From the IMG/VR virus record IMGVR_UViG_3300031998_000051, positions 13,819 to 77,818 of that record: a stretch of DNA of 64,000 nucleotides; one strand, written 5' to 3'. Positions 10,140 through 18,355 of this stretch are shown here, piece by piece; positions within the stretch are counted from its first letter, which is position 1; every line of letters starts with the position of its first letter. The translations under genes were made by a program, and so were the position numbers. Under the pieces are notes generated by a model. The model was not told where the DNA came from. It worked only from the letters and a program-made list of their open reading frames with translations, and did no database searches. The stretch comes from a virus (lineage: Duplodnaviria > Caudoviricetes).

Positions 10140-12194
10140 ATGGCTTTGCATGGTATCAGAGTGGGCGGGACAGTCCACCAATACGACTACAACTATCTCG
10201 CCAATAAACCTTCTATCGATGAAGGTCCAACCGAAGGCAGCACCAACCTGGTCGCCAGCGGCGGTGTGAAGGCTGCCCTGGACGCGAAACAGGGTACGCT
10301 GACCTTCGACAATACGCCCACGGCGAACAGCAACAACCCGGTCAAGTCTGGCGGCATCAAAACCGCCCTGGACGCGAAACAAAATAACCTGGTATTCGAC
10401 ACTACGCCCACATCCGGCAGCACCAACCCGGTCACGTCAGACGGTATCAAATCGGCGCTGGATGGTTTGTCCGGCGATGATGAATTCTCCGACAGCAGCA
10501 CGCACCCGGTACAGAACAAGGTCATCAAGGCAGCGCTTGACGGCATCGATGACGCCATCGACGATATCAACGAAGAGCTTGATGATATTGATGGAGAGTT
10601 TGACAAGGTCGTTCATGTGGACAGCGCGTCACAGGGTTTCACCGATCAGGAGAAGTACAACGCCCGTTTCGCCATTGGCGCAGTCGGTATCAACGACATC
10701 GGTGCACAGCGCTTCGGCGTTTCCGGTGTTGGAGGAAGCTCCCGGACGCTGACGAGACTGTATGACGCCGTGGGCATGACGGCTACGCCCAGCACCGATC
10801 TGGTGGCCGGTTCCTCTGACTTCGACAACTATGCGCCATTCAACCGCAAAAAGTGCGTTGGCACATGGACAGTTCCATCCGGCAGCAGTAAGGCATGGTT
10901 CACCGTTAATGCCTATTATGGCGATGCGGACTATGCTGAGGATGGTACCATGGGCGACTATGTGGCCGTCGAAGTTGACCCGTTCTATTATTATGATAAG
11001 GACGGGATCCTCGCGGTGTCCACATATCCCATGCCCGGGTATAAAATACACCCGGTCTGCCTGGACTACGACGGGAACATCAGAGCGCATTCATACATTC
11101 CGTGCTACGCGCTGGCGCAGGATGCAAACGGCAAGGCTGTATCACTCCCTGGCTACCAGAACCAGCGCGGCGGATACAAGGATCTGCGCGACTACGCCAA
11201 GACCTACGCTGATGCGGACGCCAAAGCATACGCCATGATCGAGCCGTCGGCGGTATGGCATTACGAGTGGATGCTGCAGACCATTGAGTTTGCAACGCAG
11301 GATATGCAGACCGTGATGTATGGCGCGGCCAGTATGAGATACTCTGATGATAAAATTGTTGCTGTCCCTGGTGCAAATAAAATTGTAGTTGGGAGTGCCG
11401 GTAGCAATTTTGTTGTTGGCCAGACGATTTATATCGGTTCAAGCTACAGTTCTTCTGTCGATGTAAGGACAAGCTATAATTGCATTACGGCAATAGAAAA
11501 ATGTACTTCGGATGGTACGCCGAGCAGTTCCGGTACATACTATCTTTTGACTTATGATGGAACAGATAGGTCGTCCAGTATTGTTGTGAATACGTGGGCA
11601 GTAGCATCTCGCCCATGGATCACAGGTGCAACGGCAGGCTATGCTCCCGGCGTTAATGCAATCCTCGGACATACCGGCTGTCCGGTCCATCTGACCAACG
11701 GCAAATATCCGATGCGGTACCGCTGGCGCGAGAATGTCTACGGCAATCAGAATATGACCGCGCTCGATCTGGCGGATGTGCGCGTTTCCGAGGGCAATGA
11801 CGTGTACCATCTTGAGTGGTACTTTCTTGCTGACCCACGCAAGTATATGTCGTATGGCAACTACGACAAGACCGTCCTCACCGATACGTCGAAGGGCTGG
11901 GTCAAGTTGGGTGCTACCACTCCTGCGGCCAGCTACGTCAATGGATACATCAAGGAACTTGGTGCGGATCCAGACTATCCCTTTGTCAAAGTTCCCGTCC
12001 TCACTACTGACGGCAGTGCGTCCACTTACTACTGCGACTATGCGTACCTCGTGTACTCCAACGAGGTTCGTGCGGTGCGTCGAGGCGGTTACGTGAACAA
12101 TGGTGCGTACGCCGGTCCGTGCTTCTTCAGCGCCAACGACAACGTCTCGTCCGCGGTCTGGTACTACGGCGCGGCCCTTTATTTTCTCCAGTAG
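10140..12194 (+). CDS. Tail fibre / receptor-binding protein, DGR target with C-terminal C-type-lectin-like variable region
   Basis: Same shaft repeats at the N-terminus; C-terminus RAVRRGG..NG..AGP.....N......W..GAAL; last 140 bp before the IMH match the downstream TR. Confidence 0.9.
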   Translation: MALHGIRVGGTVHQYDYNYLANKPSIDEGPTEGSTNLVASGGVKAALDAKQGTLTFDNTPTANSNNPVKSGGIKTALDAKQNNLVFDTTPTSGSTNPVTSDGIKSALDGLSGDDEFSDSSTHPVQNKVIKAALDGIDDAIDDINEELDDIDGEFDKVVHVDSASQGFTDQEKYNARFAIGAVGINDIGAQRFGVSGVGGSSRTLTRLYDAVGMTATPSTDLVAGSSDFDNYAPFNRKKCVGTWTVPSGSSKAWFTVNAYYGDADYAEDGTMGDYVAVEVDPFYYYDKDGILAVSTYPMPGYKIHPVCLDYDGNIRAHSYIPCYALAQDANGKAVSLPGYQNQRGGYKDLRDYAKTYADADAKAYAMIEPSAVWHYEWMLQTIEFATQDMQTVMYGAASMRYSDDKIVAVPGANKIVVGSAGSNFVVGQTIYIGSSYSSSVDVRTSYNCITAIEKCTSDGTPSSSGTYYLLTYDGTDRSSSIVVNTWAVASRPWITGATAGYAPGVNAILGHTGCPVHLTNGKYPMRYRWRENVYGNQNMTALDLADVRVSEGNDVYHLEWYFLADPRKYMSYGNYDKTVLTDTSKGWVKLGATTPAASYVNGYIKELGADPDYPFVKVPVLTTDGSASTYYCDYAYLVYSNEVRAVRRGGYVNNGAYAGPCFFSANDNVSSAVWYYGAALYFLQ
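12041..12180 (+). repeat. DGR variable repeat (VR)
   Basis: 137/140 identical to 12401-12540. The three differences (12045, 12054, 12090) are T in VR opposite A in TR (AAC to TAC). Confidence 0.93.
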
Positions 12195-12271
12195 GGGGTG
12201 AATCGGCGAAGCCGAGAGGGGGCCGCAGCCCCCTCGTAACCCCTAAAACCTAATCGCCGCGTAAGCGGCGA
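12192..12271 (+). other. DGR post-VR hairpin/cruciform cluster
   Basis: TCGGC-GAA-GCCGA (12203-12215), GAGGGGGC-CGCA-GCCCCCTC (12216-12235), enclosing TAGGGG/CCCCTA stem, and TCGCCGC-GTAA-GCGGCGA (12254-12271). Confidence 0.8.
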
Positions 12272-12326
12272 AATTTTTTCCAAAAAATGGAGGTTCTCTC
12301 GAATTTTGTTATAGCCTGACAAACAC

Positions 12327-12355
12327 CTGACAAAACATGGAGAACCTGCTATAAT
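12327..12355 (+). promoter_or_regulatory. Sigma70-type promoter for the TR-RT transcript
   Basis: CTGACA-17 bp-TATAAT, ending 46 bp upstream of TR. Confidence 0.7.
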
Positions 12356-12400
12356 GCTTCAAGCGGGATTGGATGTGATTCTTCTGGCCGTTTGGCATCC

Positions 12401-12540
12401 TGCGAACCTCGTGAACTCCAACGAGGTTCGTGCGGTGCGTCGAGGCGGTAACGTGAACAATGGTGCGTACGCCGGTCCGTGCTTCTTCAGCGCCAACGAC
12501 AACGTCTCGTCCGCGGTCTGGTACTACGGCGCGGCCCTTT
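12401..12540 (+). repeat. DGR template repeat (TR)
   Basis: AAC-rich copy of VR at offset +360; diverges at the 3' end (IMH ATTTTCTCCAG vs IMH* CTCTTACCCAG); followed by hairpin CCCGGCATGG/CCATGCCGGG (12554-12589). Confidence 0.92.
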
Positions 12541-12711
12541 CTCTTACCCAGCACCCGGCATGGCCGCTGATGCGACATCCCATGCCGGGACGGTGACCCG
12601 ATACGAAGACGAGGTATTTGTGCACATCCTTTTCCGTAGTTGGTAACAACTAAAATGCTCCCTGCTGGAGCGGCTTAGTAAACCATTGAAAGGCCGTAAG
12701 GGGAAAAAGGC

Positions 12712-14073
12712 ATGAAACGAGTTGGCAATTTGTGGGACAGCTTCATTTCGCTGAAAAATGCGGAGCTGGCTGTATACGACGGTACGCAGAATAAGCGCAC
12801 CGATTTTGTGGTGTATCGAAAGCTCGGATACCACGATAATATCCCGGAGCATATGGGCAAGCTGGATCCGAAGAAGGTGCGGCGTTATGCCCAGCACCGT
12901 ATCGATGATCTGAATAACGGCTGGACTGCCTCTGAAATGCGGCATTTGGTCGTGAAGCCCACCTATGGTAAAAAGCGGAATATCGACTGCCCATGCCTTG
13001 CCGACCATATCATACATTGGATGCTCATACAGACCATTCATGATCCTATCATGCGTGGAATGTATGAGCATTCCTATGGTTCGATTCCTGGTCGCGGTAT
13101 TGACGCTGCCCGGAAGACTGTAGAGAAGTGGGTGCGCCTGGATACAAAGGCAAAGTACTTCGTCAAGCTGGACATCCGCAAATTCTATGAACATATCGAT
13201 CACGACCTGTTGAAGACAGCTTTTCGTCGCGTCATCAAGGACACCAGAGTTCTGGATGTTATAGACAATGTCATTGACTGCGTTCCTTCCGGCGTTCCCA
13301 TCGGAACCTATACATCTCAATGGTTTGCAAACTTCTTCCTGCAACCTCTTGACCACCACATCAAGCAGGATATGTGCAAACTGCGGCGGGGCAAGCGCAC
13401 CAATTGGGCGGCGCATTATCTTCGCTACATGGATGACATGCTATTGCTCGGCACAAGCAAACGCGACCTTGAGAAAGCCATTAAGGAAATCATCAGGTTT
13501 TGCAGAGATGAATTGCATTTGGAAATAAAGCCCGCCTGGGAAATTCGCCGTATTGCCGTGGACTCCAATGACGTCGGCTCCGGCATCGCGCCTATTGATA
13601 TTGTCGGATACCGTTTCTTCCGTGATCATACCGAAGTCAGGGGCGGCATTTTTCTTCATACATCCCGTCTTGCGACGAAGATAGAAAAGCGCCTGCGTGA
13701 AAGAGGGGAGGTGCTGTTGCGCGATGCGGAAGGAATTGTAAGCCTGTGCGGTTGGTTCAGCCACGCAGACAGTCAGCACTTCATCAACGAATACATCAAG
13801 CCCAAGGTCAATTTGAAACTGATGAAAGAGGTGATATCGTATGCGAGTAAGCACGGAATTGTCGGAGAGGCCGCCCGTTTATTCTGTCACAAACGAGAAC
13901 GGGACGGCTTATATCAGATTCTATACGGACGTTCAGGAGGAGCAGCGCGACGACGGTTTTGTTTTCAAGGCAATTATGTGGGAGATGTCCTGCCCCTGGG
14001 CTCCGAACTTGGAGCGGAGGATCCACGACAACACGGCGAAGTGGCTGGCGAAGATCAAGGCCGTCACCCGTGA
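12712..14073 (+). CDS. DGR reverse transcriptase
   Basis: MKRVGNL start, YGSIPGRG, KLDIRKFYEHIDH, GVPIGTYTSQWFAN (DGR-type SQ motif), LRYMDD; adjacent TR/VR. Confidence 0.95.
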   Translation: MKRVGNLWDSFISLKNAELAVYDGTQNKRTDFVVYRKLGYHDNIPEHMGKLDPKKVRRYAQHRIDDLNNGWTASEMRHLVVKPTYGKKRNIDCPCLADHIIHWMLIQTIHDPIMRGMYEHSYGSIPGRGIDAARKTVEKWVRLDTKAKYFVKLDIRKFYEHIDHDLLKTAFRRVIKDTRVLDVIDNVIDCVPSGVPIGTYTSQWFANFFLQPLDHHIKQDMCKLRRGKRTNWAAHYLRYMDDMLLLGTSKRDLEKAIKEIIRFCRDELHLEIKPAWEIRRIAVDSNDVGSGIAPIDIVGYRFFRDHTEVRGGIFLHTSRLATKIEKRLRERGEVLLRDAEGIVSLCGWFSHADSQHFINEYIKPKVNLKLMKEVISYASKHGIVGEAARLFCHKRERDGLYQILYGRSGGAARRRFCFQGNYVGDVLPLGSELGAEDPRQHGEVAGEDQGRHP

Positions 14074-14200
14074 AGAAGAAGCTCGCGCAGAGCTTGAACG
14101 ACTGAAGGAAACCGCGACTGACAACGCCATCTGTGAGCTGGCGGACATCGTGGCAGAAATGATGGAAGCCATTTCAGAATTGGCTGAACTGATCGCATAA
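13841..14200 (+). CDS. Hypothetical phage protein (post-fibre, coiled C-terminus), overlaps RT 3' end by 233 nt
   Basis: Protein-like ORF ending TDNAICELADIVAEMMEAISELAELIA, typical of small genes after tail fibres; next gene follows with an RBS. Confidence 0.65.
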   Translation: MRVSTELSERPPVYSVTNENGTAYIRFYTDVQEEQRDDGFVFKAIMWEMSCPWAPNLERRIHDNTAKWLAKIKAVTREEEARAELERLKETATDNAICELADIVAEMMEAISELAELIA

Positions 14201-14217
14201 AGAAGGAGGGAAGTATC

Positions 14218-14406
14218 ATGGTTGACCTGTATGTGAGGATGGTTCTGGCTGGCCAGAAATCCATTGACGATATCAAGTCTCTTTGGCGTGATGCCGTCCG
14301 AATCAAGGTCTACGCCAAGCGGATCGAGCTTGGCGAGATCACCATTGAAGATGTGCCAGAAGAGTGGCGCGATGCCGTCCAGGCAGAACTGGATAAGGCC
14401 GCATAA
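14218..14406 (+). CDS. CD1375/XkdX-like small protein (duplicated motif)
   Basis: LYVRMVLAGQKSIDDIKSLWRDAV and VYAKRIELGEITIEDVPEEWRDAV; GGAGG RBS. Confidence 0.7.
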   Translation: MVDLYVRMVLAGQKSIDDIKSLWRDAVRIKVYAKRIELGEITIEDVPEEWRDAVQAELDKAA

Positions 14407-14420
14407 AAGGAGAATATCCT

Positions 14421-14588
14421 ATGAGCTATTTGCGTGTGATCGAGCGCCTCGAAAATATGCTGCATATGGCATTAGAGATCATCGACGAACAGTCAAAGCT
14501 CCTCGCCCAGCACGGAATTGAAACGGAAAGCGGAAAACTTGAAGCTGAAGAACAACGGTTCCGTGAGGACATGGAGCAATGGTGCTAA
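14421..14588 (+). CDS. Hypothetical 55-aa protein (not in ORF track)
   Basis: AAGGAG RBS; MSYLRVIERLENMLHMALEIIDEQ... Confidence 0.6.
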   Translation: MSYLRVIERLENMLHMALEIIDEQSKLLAQHGIETESGKLEAEEQRFREDMEQWC

Positions 14589-14608
14589 ACAGAATAAACG
14601 ACGGATAA

Positions 14609-14640
14609 AGCGTCAGCTGTAACAGGCTGGCGCTTTTCTT
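14609..14640 (+). terminator. Putative intrinsic terminator between tail and lysis modules
   Basis: AGCGTCAGC/GCTGGCGCT stem followed by TTTCTT. Confidence 0.5.
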
Positions 14641-14663
14641 ATGCAGAAAAGGAGGTATTGACT

Positions 14664-14825
14664 ATGCGCATGGATCCTTTTGATATGCCGGACGATGAGC
14701 TGGAAACCGAAGGCACGGGCGCGGAAGGCGAAATCGTGTATGTCCTCAACAATGGCACGGCAGAAGCGTTGAAGGTGCCGGACGATGTAGGAGAGGAGGA
14801 TCACGACAATGTTGACTACGATTAA
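14664..14825 (+). CDS. Hypothetical acidic 53-aa protein (not in ORF track)
   Basis: AGGAGGT RBS; stop overlaps the endolysin start. Confidence 0.55.
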   Translation: MRMDPFDMPDDELETEGTGAEGEIVYVLNNGTAEALKVPDDVGEEDHDNVDYD

Positions 14826-15786
14826 GCACGGCGACAGCGGCAGCCTTGTCAAGGCCGCACAGCTTCTTACTGGTTACGCTGATCGGAACAATGCCAGCGG
14901 CCAGTTTGACGCGGGCTTCGTGGCGCATATCGTCGCATGGCAAGGCAATCACAAGATCACTGCCGACGGCGAGATCGGCCCAGCGACATGGACGGCTATT
15001 GCCTCTAATGCGCCGACCTGCTCCACATCAAAGAACAAGACCAGCGCCGCGACGCAGGCACTCCAGCTTCTTCTCGACGGTGCTTCACTCACCGCTGACG
15101 GCATTTTCGGCAGCCGTACAAAGTCGGCGGTCGCAGCCTATCAGGCGGCATCCGGCCTTGATGCGGATGGCATATGCGGCAAAAAGACTTGGTCGGCGCT
15201 GATCGTCGGCAAGGAGAATGCCACCACGGACAGCCCAGTCGATACTTCCACTATCACGACCCATACGCCCGGCACATTCAAGCAGCCGGTCGATTACAAA
15301 CAGGCCGACAGCAGATGGGGCAAGAAAAACTATACCTCATGCGGCAAGGCAAGCCAGACAATGGCGAACAGCGGCTGCGGACCCACGGCCATGGCCGATG
15401 TCCTCGCCACCTGGTTCGGCACGAGCATTACGCCCTGGACGCTGGCACAGCTCGCCATGAAGTGGGGAGACCGCACGGCCAGCAGCGGCACGGCGTGGAG
15501 TTTCTTCGGTCACATCCAGAGCCACTTCAAGATCAAGAAAATGATCAGCACCACGTCCCTCGCCACGCTGAAAGCCTGCCTCGACGCCGGAGGCTATGTG
15601 GTATGCAGCATGGGACCCGGCTACTGGACCAAGGGCGGACATTACATCTGCTGCTGGAAGTATGATGGAACCTATGTCTACTGTAACGATCCCGCCAGCT
15701 CAAAGCGCACCAGGCAAAAGAGCAGCGAGTTTATGAATGAGCGCAAACACTTCTGGTGCTTCTATCCCGAAGTGGAGGCGGCGTAA
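14809..15786 (+). CDS. Endolysin: two peptidoglycan-binding domains plus C39-like cysteine peptidase
   Basis: LTADGIFGSRT/DADGICGKKTW PG-binding repeats; YKQADSRWG, SGCGPTAMA, GGHYI catalytic pattern; next to holins. Confidence 0.88.
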   Translation: MLTTIKHGDSGSLVKAAQLLTGYADRNNASGQFDAGFVAHIVAWQGNHKITADGEIGPATWTAIASNAPTCSTSKNKTSAATQALQLLLDGASLTADGIFGSRTKSAVAAYQAASGLDADGICGKKTWSALIVGKENATTDSPVDTSTITTHTPGTFKQPVDYKQADSRWGKKNYTSCGKASQTMANSGCGPTAMADVLATWFGTSITPWTLAQLAMKWGDRTASSGTAWSFFGHIQSHFKIKKMISTTSLATLKACLDAGGYVVCSMGPGYWTKGGHYICCWKYDGTYVYCNDPASSKRTRQKSSEFMNERKHFWCFYPEVEAA

Positions 15787-15926
15787 TGGCATCGACGATT
15801 CAGATCGCGGTGGCACGTGCCGACCTCATTCTGTGTACAATCGCGCACATCATTCCCCGGCTCCTGTTGGCATTCGTTGTGGGAATTGTCGCAGGAAAGG
15901 CGGTGCTGAAATGCCGTGGCCGATAA
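15786..15926 (+). CDS. 46-aa single-TM peptide, paralog of 46703-46849 (not in ORF track)
   Basis: ATG overlaps the endolysin TAA; MASTIQIAVARADLILCTIAHIIPRLLLAFVVGIVAGKAVLKCRGR. Confidence 0.55.
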   Translation: MASTIQIAVARADLILCTIAHIIPRLLLAFVVGIVAGKAVLKCRGR

Positions 15927-15980
15927 TTCTGACCGTCGTTGTTGTCATCTGGATAATGGCGACGATGTGAGGTGGTAACG

Positions 15981-16316
15981 ATGCAGCTGAAAGACCTTAC
16001 CTTTGGCACGTTTTTAGGCGCGGTTGTCGTGCTGCTGCTTCTGGTCGATATTTACATCAAGGTCATGACCGCGATTAAGACGGCCAGAGAAGAAAAACGA
16101 CGGCGCGATTCGCCCGTCACGACGCTGGAGGATACTGTGAAGGACCATACCGCAAAGCTGAAAAACGATCACGGAAGACTGAACGAGCTGGAGGATAGCA
16201 ACCGGGTAATCATGCGGGCGCTGATGGCGCTGCTCTCGCATGAGATCAGCGGGAACAGCGATGAGAAGCTGATAGCGTCCTTGGACGAGATTCAGAAGTT
16301 CCTGATCGAAAAATGA
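15981..16316 (+). CDS. Holin-like membrane protein
   Basis: One N-terminal TM helix plus coiled coil; lysis context. Confidence 0.6.
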   Translation: MQLKDLTFGTFLGAVVVLLLLVDIYIKVMTAIKTAREEKRRRDSPVTTLEDTVKDHTAKLKNDHGRLNELEDSNRVIMRALMALLSHEISGNSDEKLIASLDEIQKFLIEK

Positions 16317-16401
16317 CGAAATACTTGGATTTCGTATAAGTACACCTATACGTTTTCACATGAAAAATGCAGATTCAATGGACGATGAAAGGGGTATCAT
16401 C

Positions 16402-16887
16402 ATGAAGAAGATTCTCACTGTCCTGCTGGCCGCGATTCTGATGGCTGTTTTTTGCCTTTCCTGCATGGCCGAGACTGCCGCCGAGCCTCCTGCTGTCATG
16501 TTCACCGTGAACATCACACAGCTGCTCATCTCCATCATCGGCGTAATATTCAGTGCGCTGTTGGCCTGGATCATCAAGGCAATCATCCCTCCCGTAAAAA
16601 CGTGGCTGGATGAACATACTACCAATGAACAACAGACCCGCGCTTGGACGATGATAAAATGGCTGGTCGAAGCTGCCGAGCAGACAATTACAGGATACGC
16701 CAAAGGCTCGAAGCGTCTCGACTGGGTCATATCAGAATTGAAGAAACGCGGAATAGAAGCTGACCGCGCCATGATCGAAGCCGCTGTGAAGGAAATGAAA
16801 GATAAGGCCAGGGCGGACATCGCCAAGGCAATCACGACGGATGATGACTGCGAAGAATGCAGGATCAGCTTTGATGACGGGAAGTAA
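16402..16887 (+). CDS. Holin (LL-H-like) with signal-like N-terminus
   Basis: Hydrophobic helices, then LVEAAEQ....G..R...V...L......IEAAVKEM pattern. Confidence 0.7.
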   Translation: MKKILTVLLAAILMAVFCLSCMAETAAEPPAVMFTVNITQLLISIIGVIFSALLAWIIKAIIPPVKTWLDEHTTNEQQTRAWTMIKWLVEAAEQTITGYAKGSKRLDWVISELKKRGIEADRAMIEAAVKEMKDKARADIAKAITTDDDCEECRISFDDGK

Positions 16888-16895
16888 ATAAGGTT

Positions 16896-16929
16896 AGGCC
16901 CTGCCGATGGTGGCAGGGCCTGTTTTTTT
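16896..16929 (+). terminator. Intrinsic terminator ending the late operon
   Basis: AGGCCCTGCC-GATGGT-GGCAGGGCCT followed by a T-rich tail. Confidence 0.85.
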
Positions 16930-16936
16930 GTTTTGG

Positions 16937-17203
16937 CTATTCGTTGAGCAATTCAAGCAACAACATCTTCTGGTTGAATCCAATGCGGTAGCTCATCCAC
17001 AGATAGTCAACAACGTGCTCATACATCGCGCCGTCATCGTTGCCGTTCTTGCGGTAAACCAAAAGCCTGCTAAGGACATTTATGTCCCTGTCAGTCAGAT
17101 AGTGCTTTTCGCTGGCATATTTGACGGTGTCTCTGATCATTGTCACCGTGATGTTCAGCAGCTTCTCATCCATATCGTCATAGTATTTATCGGTGATGCT
17201 CAT
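16937..17203 (-). CDS. Hypothetical protein
   Basis: 88-aa ORF with AAAGGAG RBS. Confidence 0.65.
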   Translation of the reverse strand: MSITDKYYDDMDEKLLNITVTMIRDTVKYASEKHYLTDRDINVLSRLLVYRKNGNDDGAMYEHVVDYLWMSYRIGFNQKMLLLELLNE

Positions 17204-17248
17204 CGGTGGCTCCTTTCTGCCGTCGTAACCTTCGTGGAGGGTGCCTTG

Positions 17249-17389
17249 TTAATCCAGCGAATCAAAGTAGTCGGCTTCTGCTCTCGCGTTCTGGATGTAG
17301 TGGTAAGCGTCCCAGTCATCCTCGGTCCAGCTATCGCGTCCGATGCTGTTCAGGCGCTCCATCTCTTCATCTGCCCATGTTCTCGCCAT
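17249..17389 (-). CDS. Hypothetical 46-aa acidic protein (not in ORF track)
   Basis: AGGAAGGA RBS; MARTWADEEMERLNSIGRDSWTEDDWDAYHYIQNARAEADYFDSLD. Confidence 0.55.
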   Translation of the reverse strand: MARTWADEEMERLNSIGRDSWTEDDWDAYHYIQNARAEADYFDSLD

Positions 17390-17439
17390 TGTAATTTCCT
17401 TCCTGGGGCGGTTTCGCCGCCGCCCCTCGGCCTTTCGTG

Positions 17440-17889
17440 CTATCCAGCGATCTTGCCCTTGAACATCAGGTCGAACAGCATCGCCTTGAGCCTCATGATC
17501 TCATGCTCGCTCTCTGCGGCTTTCTTTTCCCACTTCGCGCACTCGCCATCCAGGCGGCAAACTTCCATGTCCAGGTAATGAACCTGTTCCCGCAGACCTT
17601 CATTGACGCGCACCGTCTCGGCCTGACGGCCTTTGGCAAGGTTGGCTTCGGTCATCGCGGTCTTAACCTTCTCCATAGCCTCCTGCGCTTCTGCCTTGGC
17701 CTTGGCTTCGCCCCTGTTGGCGCATTCGATGCTGTTGGTCACGCTATAGGCGGCATCCCATTCAATGTTCTGGTCGGCCAGCTCCCAGGCTCCCTCAAAC
17801 GCCGTTCCAATGTAGCTCTGCGGCCCAAGCTCCGCGACGATCTTCTTCATCTTCTCAAGCGCCCGGCGTTCTTGCTCTTTGGTGGTCAT
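17440..17889 (-). CDS. Hypothetical coiled-coil phage protein
   Basis: GGAGGT RBS before MTTKEQERRALEKMKKIVAELG; C-terminus EIMRLKAMLFDLM. Confidence 0.7.
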   Translation of the reverse strand: MTTKEQERRALEKMKKIVAELGPQSYIGTAFEGAWELADQNIEWDAAYSVTNSIECANRGEAKAKAEAQEAMEKVKTAMTEANLAKGRQAETVRVNEGLREQVHYLDMEVCRLDGECAKWEKKAAESEHEIMRLKAMLFDLMFKGKIAG

Positions 17890-17902
17890 TTCGTAAACCT
17901 CC

Positions 17903-17977
17903 TTAAGCCTTGAAAATAGCACGCGCAATTCCGCGCAAAACCATGTAGATAACTGCGAATGCGATAATGAATTTCAT
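17903..17977 (-). CDS. 24-aa hydrophobic peptide (not in ORF track)
   Basis: GGAGGA RBS; MKFIIAFAVIYMVLRGIARAIFKA. Confidence 0.5.
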   Translation of the reverse strand: MKFIIAFAVIYMVLRGIARAIFKA

Positions 17978-18039
17978 CTTGACGTTCCTCCGTTTTTATG
18001 ATATATTTTTGGTGTGGGGCGGTTGCCCGCCCCAGTCGG

Positions 18040-18168
18040 TCAGTTAAGTCCCAAGAGCTTAATGATGATCGCTGTGATCAGGCCGACCATCAGGTCGATT
18101 AAAGCGGGTGCCAGCCACTTTTCGACCCACGCCGGAAGTTTGTGTTTCCGGCGTTTTCTTTTGCTCAT
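18040..18168 (-). CDS. 42-aa basic-head single-TM peptide (type I toxin-like architecture; not in ORF track)
   Basis: AAGGGGGTGG RBS; MSKRKRRKHKLPAWVEKWLAPALIDLMVGLITAIIIKLLGLN; first gene after a consensus promoter. Confidence 0.6.
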   Translation of the reverse strand: MSKRKRRKHKLPAWVEKWLAPALIDLMVGLITAIIIKLLGLN

Positions 18169-18222
18169 TTTAACCACCCCCTTTAGTTTATTGTCATTCG
18201 GTATTCCCTCCTGACATTTTCA

Positions 18223-18331
18223 ATTATATCATAGTTGCCCATAATTGTCAATAGTTGCCCATAAGTTTGATTGTTAAATATTAGTTGCCCATAAGTATTA
18301 TATTGAAATATGTGCTCCTATGCGTTATAAT
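18223..18331. promoter_or_regulatory. Divergent promoters with three TAGTTGCCCATAA operator repeats
   Basis: Minus strand TTGACA(18251-18246)-17-TATAAT(18228-18223); plus strand TTGAAA(18303)-17-TATAAT(18326); 13-bp repeats at 18232, 18252 and 18282. Confidence 0.85.
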
Positions 18332-18355
18332 ACCAATATGAGGAGCGTGATCGAA

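Noticed and set aside
12309-12596. ORFs spanning TR (12354-12596 +, 12309-12578 -)
   Set aside because: They are open only because TR copies coding VR; the + ORF start overlaps the -10 box and has no RBS.
12712-14073. RT as group II intron, retron or Abi RT
   Set aside because: SQ motif and an adjacent VR/TR pair with A-specific mismatches identify a DGR.
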